Positions 26,692 through 35,615 of a DNA stretch of 64,000 nucleotides are shown piece by piece. The notes beneath the pieces were generated by a model. That model did no database searches, was not told where the DNA came from, and worked only from the letters and a program-made list of their open reading frames with translations. The position numbers were made by a program, and so were the translations under genes. How positions within the stretch are numbered: the stretch's first letter is position 1; each line of letters starts with the position of its first letter. The DNA is taken from positions 1 to 64,000 of IMG/VR virus record IMGVR_UViG_3300009177_000028; one strand, 5' to 3'.

Positions 26692-28419
26692 ATGAGTGAT
26701 CCAATCGTTCCAAATTTTAATCCAGGTTCCGGTGCTAGACTAGCCACTGATAGGATAGATTTCCAAAAGCACGTGGATGGATACAGCTTTAAGCACATTG
26801 CTGAGTCTGTAACTCTTTCTCCAAATGTTACGATTAGTAGCACTGCATATACCAATGTTCAAGACGCCATTGAAGCTCTTTCTACCATTGTTGCTCCAAG
26901 CTTTACGGTTCCAGATGCTACCACAACCTCTAAAGGTATTGTCCAGTTAACCACTACTGGAGACGTTGGCGGTACAGCCACTTTATTGAGAGTCACCAGA
27001 CTTCAAGGTTCTTCCGTCAGTACCTTGCCGCCAACTTCTGGCCAAGTATTGACCTGGAGCGGTGTAGCATGGACCCCAACTACTCCATCAACCTCTTTTA
27101 CAGCAGCTAATGACCTTTCTGGTAACAACGTTTCTCAAGTAGTTATCGGAATTCAAAGCAGACAAGTGGCTAACATTTCCCCAAATAACGGAAATGTTTT
27201 AACTTGGGTGGCCGCCAATAATAGGTGGGAACCAGTTTCTAGTTCACCTACTGGAACCGGATTCGCAACGATTACTTCTGGTCTTTTTGATTCCGCTGCT
27301 ACTGCCAACATTAGATATACTGGTGGTAAACTTCAAACTGATACAAATATTCAGTTTAAAAATACTTCTAACTCTATCCTTGGTGATTTAACTTGGTCTC
27401 CAACTACCAGCAATAAAACTATCACGTTACCAGACGCAAATGATACCTTAGTTGGATTAGCAACCACCGATACATTAACTAATAAGACGATTAACGTAAA
27501 TAATAATACGTTAACCGCGAGCAGCACGGCCAACGGAGACCTTCTTGTTTCAAACGGTACTAAGTTTCTCCGTTTGGCTCAAGGAAGCAACGGAAGCTTC
27601 TTGGGTGTTTCCGGTGGCGTTCTTGGTTTTTATACACCATCTAATAGCACTCCTTCTGGAACTGGATTTGCCACCATTACGGCCGGAGTTTATGACTCTA
27701 CTGCCACTACGAATATTCGTTATACTGGTGGAAAATTTCAGACTGATGCCAGCATTCAATATAAATCTGGATCTATTTTTGGAGATTTGACTTGGGCCCC
27801 AACTACTACAAATAAGACGTTAACCCTTCCGGATGCCACCGATACCTTAGTAGGCCAGGCTACTACCGATACATTGACTAATAAGACAGTGAACGTAGCT
27901 AATAACTCTGTTACCTCTACTTCTCAAGCAACAGGTGACTTACTTAAAAATAACGGTACTAAGTTTGTTCGTTTTGGTATGGGCTCGGCTTTACAGGTAT
28001 TACGTACCAACTCTGGAGCTACCGACTTGGAATGGGCAACGGTTACATTGCCAGCCACTCAGGTTTCTCTTGATCAAGTAGGAGCAGGTCAGCTTAACAA
28101 CGTAGTTACAACTAGCGGAAGCAATGAAGTAGTTATGATTAGGTTTACTGGTGACGGTGCCGCTACGGATATCACTTTAAGCGGTCTGGCCAGCGGATCT
28201 GGAGTTAGAAGAATTGCTCTTATGCCAACGAGTACTTCTAAATTGATCATTTCTCACCAAGATGTTAATAGTTCTTCCAGCAATAGAATTATAACTCCAA
28301 GAGGCGTAAATTACATTGTAGGAACGGACGGTTATGGCGTAGACGTTATTTGGGACGGCACAACAAGCAGGTGGAGAGTTATCGCTAACGTAGCGCAACT
28401 ATCAACAACTACTACCTAA
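26692..28419 (+). CDS. Tail or neck fibre protein
   Basis: DATTTSKGIVQL, GQVLTW and TDTLTNKT fibre motifs; 135-aa tandem duplication; 2 DGY. Confidence 0.75.
   Translation: MSDPIVPNFNPGSGARLATDRIDFQKHVDGYSFKHIAESVTLSPNVTISSTAYTNVQDAIEALSTIVAPSFTVPDATTTSKGIVQLTTTGDVGGTATLLRVTRLQGSSVSTLPPTSGQVLTWSGVAWTPTTPSTSFTAANDLSGNNVSQVVIGIQSRQVANISPNNGNVLTWVAANNRWEPVSSSPTGTGFATITSGLFDSAATANIRYTGGKLQTDTNIQFKNTSNSILGDLTWSPTTSNKTITLPDANDTLVGLATTDTLTNKTINVNNNTLTASSTANGDLLVSNGTKFLRLAQGSNGSFLGVSGGVLGFYTPSNSTPSGTGFATITAGVYDSTATTNIRYTGGKFQTDASIQYKSGSIFGDLTWAPTTTNKTLTLPDATDTLVGQATTDTLTNKTVNVANNSVTSTSQATGDLLKNNGTKFVRFGMGSALQVLRTNSGATDLEWATVTLPATQVSLDQVGAGQLNNVVTTSGSNEVVMIRFTGDGAATDITLSGLASGSGVRRIALMPTSTSKLIISHQDVNSSSSNRIITPRGVNYIVGTDGYGVDVIWDGTTSRWRVIANVAQLSTTTT
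27247..28030 (+). repeat. Two tandem ~405-nt (135-aa) coding repeats
   Basis: Units start PTGTGFATIT (27247) and PSGTGFATIT (27652). Confidence 0.85.
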
Positions 28420-28468
28420 GTTTGCGGTTTGCATACCAATTCTTTTGCATGTCTTCAAGGAGTTTTTT

Positions 28469-28930
28469 ATGGATACAATGTTTCAGGCCCTTTTTAGCTG
28501 GCAATTCTTATTATTCTGCTTATCAATTGCGGCAGTTCTCTTCGTTATTAGAAGAGTTTTCGAATACGCTATGGTTAATTGGAAAATGGAAGCCCATAAC
28601 TCCAAACTATGGAAAGAGCTTATCCTACCAATTTTCCCAGTCTTTTTGGGACCAACGGCTGCCTTTTTAGCAAAGCAATACCCATTTCCTAACGGATTAA
28701 CATCCGCTAGCGCCAGGATAGCTTTTGGATTAGTAGCTGGGCTTCTTTCTGGTCTAGTCTATAGAGTTCTTAAATCAGCTTTAGGGTACAAGATTAAGAA
28801 TCCAGGTAATGAATATGCTGGCGGTTATTATGGTGGCAATTACAATGGAAATCCAGCTATCGGAACTCCAGATGCACCAGTTTCGGATGAATTTGAAGCA
28901 AGCGTAAGAGAATCAATTAAAAAAGACTAA
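28469..28930 (+). CDS. Membrane protein, holin-like (about 3 TM helices)
   Basis: Hydrophobic segments WQFLLFCLSIAAVLFVI, LILPIFPVFLGPTAAFL and IAFGLVAGLLSGLVY; AAGGAG RBS before ATG 28469. Confidence 0.5.
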   Translation: MDTMFQALFSWQFLLFCLSIAAVLFVIRRVFEYAMVNWKMEAHNSKLWKELILPIFPVFLGPTAAFLAKQYPFPNGLTSASARIAFGLVAGLLSGLVYRVLKSALGYKIKNPGNEYAGGYYGGNYNGNPAIGTPDAPVSDEFEASVRESIKKD

Positions 28931-28973
28931 TAAGTAGCTTTAAAGTTATATATTATTAGGATAATGGGGATAG

Positions 28974-31900
28974 ATGAGTAACTTTCCAAACAACTTTGAT
29001 GACGATACGACTTTGCCGTTTGTGAATGATAACATTACGGAGATTGGTGGCGAAGCTATCAATGCACTTCGTGATGCTGTTTTTGCAATTGAGCAAAATA
29101 TCGGCTTAGGGGCACAGGGCACAACTCCGTCCATTGCAGATAGGTTTGGAATCTCCTTCTTCCCAGATGGAACTCTAAAACCATCCGCTATCACTAGTTT
29201 AGGATTAGTTACACTACCTATTACGCAAGATCAAATTGCTGTTAATGCTCAAATTCCAGAATCTAAGCTACGTTTAGACCACAGAACTCAAGATTTGTTT
29301 AACTACATCCGTGATTTATCAGGAGATGTTAATTTAGCACTAGGCTGGATCTCTAGTACTGGTATCAAGTTAGAGCCACATCTTATTGGTGCGATTTATC
29401 GTCACAATATGGATCAGGTTGATGTTAGCAACAATGAAGCTGACTTCTTATTTAGCAATAAACGAATTCTAAGAGATAATAGTCAGTCTTACAGCTTAGT
29501 AGCTGATATGAATGCTGAGCTATTGGCTCACCAGTGGGCAGATGGTTCTGTATTCGGATCGCCATATACTATTACCACCAACAATGGTTCCGTATTCTCT
29601 TCAAATTACGCCCATCTTGCTAGCGCCGTCTTTATTAACACCACAAGATTCAACAATATTCCACAAGCAAAAGATGACCTTCAGTTGTTTGCTGAGTATA
29701 TGGATGACCAAAGTATCTTCTTGTTAGGTACCAGAATTCAGAACTTGTATACCAGTGGTATCTCAAGAATTTCTCGTTCTTCCAACTTAACAACAGATGG
29801 ATACGGTCAATTCATCGTCCCAGTTACGCCAGCCGTTGCTTTCTTAAAGAACATTGGTAATAGCAGTAGCCCATATGACAATATCGATACGGGCGATGAT
29901 ATTATTGAGTTTAAGCCATCTGCTGCTGATAAGACAAACAATGTTTTCGATACTAAGTTTGCTTTAGTTAAAGTTGGAGATATTGTTAGAATTAACTATG
30001 GTACTATTGAAGTTCCATTTGTTATTAAAGAAAAAAAATACGACGGTACGACCGGAGCCAAAAAATACATTGTAAGAATTGCTGGCAAGAATCAATTCTA
30101 TGCGCCAAATGCCGTGGCTAGAATTGATCGCCCACTATTCAATAGCAATAAGTATGCTGAACTTTCCCTTTCTCCGGTTAACAATCAATTTAATGAAACG
30201 CCAAGTCTAGTTGTTAACAACCCACGTGGCGCCCAAGCATTGGGTCTTGGATTTAACCCAAAGCAATTAAATGAGAAGCATTATCTTCTATACATTGCTC
30301 TTTATCCAACCGGATTTGCTCAAGATGGGTATACCATTCTGCCAGCCATTGACGTAACTGGAAATCAAGGTAGAACACCAGGTCAATACACACTAGAGTC
30401 GGTTGTTCAAGCTACCAACAATGCTTTTAGAGCACTTGGATACAACTATAGGTTCACCGCTTTCTCTTATCAAGGAGAATTTGGCGTTTGCCTAGCTGAT
30501 TCGTACAGTAACAGTGCGTTTTCTATCTTAAGCGTAGCTTTGAAATCTGATGGCACAATTGATTCATTAGCAACTCAGATTGCTTTACCAAATAACGTAG
30601 TTGACTTGCAGCCAATCGACGGAAACAACGTGGCGCCCGATCCTCTTGGACTTGGCCCATCTGGTTCTGGTGTAGCAAGCCCACCCTTCTACACCGTATA
30701 CGGATCTGCTGCCGCTTCTCAAAATCCAACTAAGCTATTCATTCCATTAAGAAGAAACAGCTTTTATGTCAACGGTACTGAAAAAGAAAGATTGGCAAGA
30801 GAAGACTCTCAAGCTTTGGATGGATACGGAGATGGTTACTGGGTAGCAACTATCCAAGATGTACAGACTCCATCGGGAAGAGTTCAAACAACCTATCGTG
30901 TACCACTTGATTTATCAACCACTGGCCTTAAAGCCGGTAAAACTATCGTTGTTCAATCTTTGGGGGCTGGAGGTTTAGTTGATTTTGGTAGATTCATTAT
31001 CTACTCCGTAGTGTTTGGATGTTCGCCAGATGTCTTTACCGATATTACGGTCTATGACTCAGTACACGCCACTGGATTTTCTCCAACAGCCACTTTACAA
31101 CCATTTAATCAAGTAGCCTTGTATTTCGGCGCAGACTCTGTTTCATTCAACGCAGAATCTGCTACAGATTATAGTGCATTTGGAAATTTCAAGAGACACT
31201 TTGAAGTTTATGTTGATCAAGATGGTAAAACATTTACTCACGAACGTGGAAGAATTAGTACGAATGATACTGGAGTCCCAAGTGTCAATGGAACTATTTT
31301 ACGCGGCTCTTCTCAGCTTAAGCAGCTAGACATCGTTAAAATTTCTCCAAAACTACGCGGTTATCAATTTGGATCCGTTAACAAAATAACTTTAAAGGTA
31401 TTTAGTTACTCAAGCACTACTGGAGTATACGATGGATATTTGGCATCCTATGATGGTACGTATCTAACTCATATTGGTCCACGTACCACGGGACGTAAAG
31501 GACAGACTGCTCGTTTCTTTGATGAAACAAATACCGACTATATTGATATTATCTTCGATGTCGGAACCACTATTACCACTTTCAGTAATGAAATAATTGA
31601 TTTCCAACTTTTCCCATCATTGGCGTCAGATGATGAAATCATGATGCTTGGAACCTGCCAAGTAAATGATAGCACTCATACCGTTAGCAAAATTGTAGAT
31701 GGTAGACAGTTTGGAAATATCAGCGAGAAGGATTTAAGTACATCAGTATTTGATTACCTATCGGTTCCAGAGAAATACCTGCACTCTAATGGAGTTGTAA
31801 GAGGATTTGATATTTTCCAGAAATTTAATGGAAATGTCGGAACCATTGATTTAAGTGGTGGTGTTGTTCTTGTTAATGGAAAATTGTATAACATTAATAA

Positions 31901-33515
31901 TGATACGGTAAATATTCCAGCCATTAGAGAGACCTACTTATCATTTAGTTATGATGTTAACTGGGCCCTTTGTGTTAATGATATCGGAGAGTATGACCTA
32001 ATTCCATTGTTGAATGCATTTGGATCAACCCCGTCAACTACTGGAAGATTATTTACAGCACTTGATGTGGTAAGTAATACGACTTATACGTTACCCGCAC
32101 TTACTTTCTCTGATTTAATTAATACTAGACCAGATTTAACAATACTTTATATTGTTACTTCATCAGTGGCTGGTACCACTAGTCCTGTTGTAACTATTAC
32201 GACAAAAGATGTTCGTAAGTTTGTTTATAAAAAGGATTGGGGTGAGCGCCCAACTTTGGTACTGGATACTGCTAATGGTGAATTTAGAAGTTTTGAAGCA
32301 TTAGAACAGTGGTTTAATTTAAATTCGGGTTATACGAGTAATATTACTGTTAAGGGTGCATTTAGTTCTGTACCCACAACACTACAGTATAATTTCCCAG
32401 TAGCATTTATGTCTGATGGTGTAACTACGTTTACCCTTCCATCAGCATTTACTGTTGGCTCAGCTATTACGTTCCGTAATATTACGTTTACCTACAGTGC
32501 AGGCGCTGGCTTTGGTACGACTACTTTTGATACATGTACGGTTACCGGATCTGGTACCACCGCTACATTATTTTCAATTTGTACGGGAAGCAATAGCTCC
32601 TTCAGTTTTAGCGGAGCATCTTCAGTAACTTTCTCTTCATCAACATTTAATAACTGTATATTTACATTTAGTGCAGCTAATATCGTCACATTTACTTCTT
32701 GTACCTTTAATAATTGTACGTTTAATTTTAATGGAGCGGGTACCACTATAAGCACTAACAGCACAACGGTATTTAATAAAAATATTTTCAACATAAATGC
32801 ATCTCTTACTACAGCCAACTTTAGCGGAGTTGTCTCTGGTAACACATTTAACTGGAACAATCCAACTATTGGATTGACCATGCAAAACAACTTTACTGTT
32901 GTTGAAAATATCTTTAATACAATTGGATCGTTCACTAGTTCTTTTATTAACACAGTAACTGGAACTAACGGCACCATTTCTGAGAATTATTTCTATAGAA
33001 ACAATAACACCATTACTAGCTATATAGCTGCCCCAGTTACGTGGTCAAGTGGTGTTGTTTCTGTAGTAAATAACTTTTTCGATAAAACAACCGTAGATGG
33101 AACCAATCAAAACTTGGTAAGTAACTTACCATTAGTTTGGATCTATACCAATAACCTTAATGCGCCATTTACTCTTCATGCAAAGAGAACAAGTGCAGGT
33201 GGAACTTATACAGTTGCCTTGGAAGATCAAGTTCTTGAATTTAAATTAACTTCAGCATTGGTTGTAGTATTACCAAGCATTGCACTATCTCCACCAGGTA
33301 GAGTTATAACTATTAAAGATGCTAATGGTCTATGTGATTCTTTCCCAATTACAATTCGTGCTGGAAACACGGTAACAGATGCTATTGAAAATGCATATGG
33401 TGACTTTATTTACAAAAATCCTTATGGGTCAGTTACATTGGTTGCAACTATAGATCCAAACGGCGGTGGTGCTGGATCGGGTTTAACGCCCAAGTACATG
33501 TGGTGTATAGTATAA
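28974..33515 (+). CDS. Very large tail fibre or spike protein with a beta-helix region
   Basis: N-terminal INALRDAVFAIEQNIG anchor; Asn/Thr/Phe/Cys-periodic beta-helix at about 32340-33150; C-terminal fibre module like that of 14970; 5 DGY. Confidence 0.65.
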   Translation: MSNFPNNFDDDTTLPFVNDNITEIGGEAINALRDAVFAIEQNIGLGAQGTTPSIADRFGISFFPDGTLKPSAITSLGLVTLPITQDQIAVNAQIPESKLRLDHRTQDLFNYIRDLSGDVNLALGWISSTGIKLEPHLIGAIYRHNMDQVDVSNNEADFLFSNKRILRDNSQSYSLVADMNAELLAHQWADGSVFGSPYTITTNNGSVFSSNYAHLASAVFINTTRFNNIPQAKDDLQLFAEYMDDQSIFLLGTRIQNLYTSGISRISRSSNLTTDGYGQFIVPVTPAVAFLKNIGNSSSPYDNIDTGDDIIEFKPSAADKTNNVFDTKFALVKVGDIVRINYGTIEVPFVIKEKKYDGTTGAKKYIVRIAGKNQFYAPNAVARIDRPLFNSNKYAELSLSPVNNQFNETPSLVVNNPRGAQALGLGFNPKQLNEKHYLLYIALYPTGFAQDGYTILPAIDVTGNQGRTPGQYTLESVVQATNNAFRALGYNYRFTAFSYQGEFGVCLADSYSNSAFSILSVALKSDGTIDSLATQIALPNNVVDLQPIDGNNVAPDPLGLGPSGSGVASPPFYTVYGSAAASQNPTKLFIPLRRNSFYVNGTEKERLAREDSQALDGYGDGYWVATIQDVQTPSGRVQTTYRVPLDLSTTGLKAGKTIVVQSLGAGGLVDFGRFIIYSVVFGCSPDVFTDITVYDSVHATGFSPTATLQPFNQVALYFGADSVSFNAESATDYSAFGNFKRHFEVYVDQDGKTFTHERGRISTNDTGVPSVNGTILRGSSQLKQLDIVKISPKLRGYQFGSVNKITLKVFSYSSTTGVYDGYLASYDGTYLTHIGPRTTGRKGQTARFFDETNTDYIDIIFDVGTTITTFSNEIIDFQLFPSLASDDEIMMLGTCQVNDSTHTVSKIVDGRQFGNISEKDLSTSVFDYLSVPEKYLHSNGVVRGFDIFQKFNGNVGTIDLSGGVVLVNGKLYNINNDTVNIPAIRETYLSFSYDVNWALCVNDIGEYDLIPLLNAFGSTPSTTGRLFTALDVVSNTTYTLPALTFSDLINTRPDLTILYIVTSSVAGTTSPVVTITTKDVRKFVYKKDWGERPTLVLDTANGEFRSFEALEQWFNLNSGYTSNITVKGAFSSVPTTLQYNFPVAFMSDGVTTFTLPSAFTVGSAITFRNITFTYSAGAGFGTTTFDTCTVTGSGTTATLFSICTGSNSSFSFSGASSVTFSSSTFNNCIFTFSAANIVTFTSCTFNNCTFNFNGAGTTISTNSTTVFNKNIFNINASLTTANFSGVVSGNTFNWNNPTIGLTMQNNFTVVENIFNTIGSFTSSFINTVTGTNGTISENYFYRNNNTITSYIAAPVTWSSGVVSVVNNFFDKTTVDGTNQNLVSNLPLVWIYTNNLNAPFTLHAKRTSAGGTYTVALEDQVLEFKLTSALVVVLPSIALSPPGRVITIKDANGLCDSFPITIRAGNTVTDAIENAYGDFIYKNPYGSVTLVATIDPNGGGAGSGLTPKYMWCIV

Positions 33516-33524
33516 GGTAAAACT

Positions 33525-34268
33525 ATGTCAAGTCCTAGATTATTTAAACAACAATTTTTTTCAAGCACTACCTGGACTGCACCCATAGGTGTTCGATTTA
33601 TTATCGTTACCGGATGCGGAGGTGGCGGTGGTGGAGGCGGAGGAGCAGCCGTTAGTGGTAGCGCCAATCTTGATTACTATGCAACCGGAGGTGGTGGTGG
33701 TCAACCAGCACCAACTATGACTCAAGTTGTAGAAGTTGCTCCGGGCGTAACTTACACTATTACAATTGGTGCGGGTGGATCAGGTGGCGGATTCGTTAGC
33801 GTACCAAACTATAACGATGGTGGTGGTAAAACAGCCGGAAATGCCGGGTTAGATGGAGCTGCCAGTGTTTTTGGTAGCGTAGTTTTTCCTGGTGGTAGAG
33901 GCGGTAGACGTGGAGAGATTATTTATATTGCCGGATCTAACTCCTTTGCTCTTGCATCTCAATTAGTAGGGTTGGTTTCCTATACACCTTTCCATGGTGC
34001 TGACGGACCAAGCCGCGTTAGTAAAGGTGGTGGTGGAGGAACCGCAGGAGGCTGCTCTAACAACATCTACTCTTCTGGCGGTGGCGGTGGTCAAGGAGCT
34101 TTTGGTTTCGACGGTTATCCATTCTCTGGTGGTGGAGGTGGTGGATCAGTTGGAGGCGGTGGCGGCGGTGGTGGTGGCGGAGAAGGTCACGACTATAATA
34201 ATACTCACGACGGCTCTGCTGGCGGACCTGGTGGTAGTGGATTTGTTGAAATTTCATGGGTGGCATAA
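33525..34268 (+). CDS. Glycine-rich domain tail fibre protein
   Basis: TWTAPIGV...VTGCGGGGGGGG...VAPGVTYTITIGAGG...GGSGFVEISW. Confidence 0.75.
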   Translation: MSSPRLFKQQFFSSTTWTAPIGVRFIIVTGCGGGGGGGGGAAVSGSANLDYYATGGGGGQPAPTMTQVVEVAPGVTYTITIGAGGSGGGFVSVPNYNDGGGKTAGNAGLDGAASVFGSVVFPGGRGGRRGEIIYIAGSNSFALASQLVGLVSYTPFHGADGPSRVSKGGGGGTAGGCSNNIYSSGGGGGQGAFGFDGYPFSGGGGGGSVGGGGGGGGGGEGHDYNNTHDGSAGGPGGSGFVEISWVA

Positions 34269-34646
34269 ATGAACAATATAGCATATAAAGTAGCTAAAAA
34301 TATCTCTAATCTACCTGATGGATTTATCATAGAACATTTTGAAACAGATGCTGATGCTGAAGAAGGATATTTAGTTACTTCTAAAGACAATTTTAGTAAG
34401 TTAATGGAAAATAATGCGATGCTATTTAAAGCATGGCAAGAGGTTAATGGAAAACCGGTCGGTTCTGTTGTATCAGATGATCCTTCTGTTGTTCCAGACC
34501 CCCAACCTCTGCCGGCCCCAATTAGTAAGCAGGTAGAAGGTTTGTCGGCAGCCTCTAAAGCTGAACAAGATGCAATTAAGTCAAAAAAAGAAACAGATGA
34601 AGCTCTTTTCCAGCAATTTATTGCTTGGAAAAACTCCAACCAATAA
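34269..34646 (+). CDS. Hypothetical protein, possibly a fibre assembly factor
   Basis: 125 aa, directly abuts the glycine-rich gene. Confidence 0.55.
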   Translation: MNNIAYKVAKNISNLPDGFIIEHFETDADAEEGYLVTSKDNFSKLMENNAMLFKAWQEVNGKPVGSVVSDDPSVVPDPQPLPAPISKQVEGLSAASKAEQDAIKSKKETDEALFQQFIAWKNSNQ

Positions 34647-34654
34647 TCCAATAA

Positions 34655-35476
34655 ATGTCAACTAATAATTTCTCTAAATCTAATCTAATGAATCTGCACC
34701 ATTTTGTGCAGGCATCAATGTTGGTTTATCCAAAAGAGATTATTATTGCAACTTTAAGAGATTTCTTTTCTAAAAGCGATTATTATCACTATTCCAAAGA
34801 TCAATGGGGTTTTGCTAATACAACAGATCATACTGATCTGCCTCCAGGTGCTGATATTCCTACGCAATTTAATAAAAATGGCGCAAATCAAGAAGGTCTA
34901 AGCACTAGAATCTATATTGGAGAAAATTATCGTTATGACGGTATTTTTTATCCAGCCATTCTAGTTAAAAGCGGTGGAGCCAAATACGTTCCAATTTCTA
35001 TTAATAGAGAGCAGGAGGGTGTTCAATATGAAGATATTGTTTTTGAAGATGGATATGGAAATCAAACATTAGTTCATCGCCCAGTTTCTTTTATTACGGC
35101 AGGAGTTTGGGAAGGATCAATTATTATTGATGTTTTAGCTAGAAGTTTAAGGGCCAGGGACGATATTGCTGAGGCTGTAGCCATGTGCTTTACAGAAGTA
35201 ACCTTTGATACAATCTATGATGTGGGTATTATTATTAAACCATTGAGTATTGGGGCTGCAAGTGAGTCAGATGACAGAAACGATAAGCTATTTAGGCAAA
35301 GTCTCACATTAGATATAAGAACTGAGTGGAGAAGAGAAATACCAGTCGGTAACGTCATTGACGCTATCTTCTTCACCGCAACTTTTGAAGATTTGAACAG
35401 ACCTGGAAGTCCCGTACCCGCCAATATGACGGTTAATACCGAAGTTAGCTTAGCGGATATGCTACTAAACATGTAA
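34655..35476 (+). CDS. Tail terminator or completion protein
   Basis: Immediately upstream of the sheath; YPAILV and GSIIIDVLARSLRARDDIAE pattern; one DGY. Confidence 0.6.
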   Translation: MSTNNFSKSNLMNLHHFVQASMLVYPKEIIIATLRDFFSKSDYYHYSKDQWGFANTTDHTDLPPGADIPTQFNKNGANQEGLSTRIYIGENYRYDGIFYPAILVKSGGAKYVPISINREQEGVQYEDIVFEDGYGNQTLVHRPVSFITAGVWEGSIIIDVLARSLRARDDIAEAVAMCFTEVTFDTIYDVGIIIKPLSIGAASESDDRNDKLFRQSLTLDIRTEWRREIPVGNVIDAIFFTATFEDLNRPGSPVPANMTVNTEVSLADMLLNM

Positions 35477-35615
35477 AATATAGAGATTTCGAATGCTCTA
35501 AATTCGAAAAGTTTCAATGGGTAAGACAATAAAATGTGCTAATATATCGCCAAGAATAGGAATATTAATACATTTTAATGATACAATCTACAAAACCGAG
35601 TGATAAGGATTCAAT

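Noticed and set aside
6263-28030. Diversity-generating retroelement template/variable repeats
   Set aside because: The duplicated segments differ at all four bases, mainly at synonymous sites, and not only at adenines; no reverse transcriptase is present in the window
10315-28445. ORF-track starts at 10315, 13834, 14467 and 28445
   Set aside because: Downstream ATGs at 10354, 13816, 14497 and 28469 have well-spaced Shine-Dalgarno sequences and were used instead
33560-34190. GGT/GGC microsatellite-like runs
   Set aside because: They are mixed glycine codons of the glycine-rich domain, not a separate DNA repeat
35481-35509. Hairpin TTTCGAAT-GCTCTAA-ATTCGAAA upstream of the sheath gene
   Set aside because: Weak AT-rich stem without a clear U-tract; not enough to call a terminator or structured RNA
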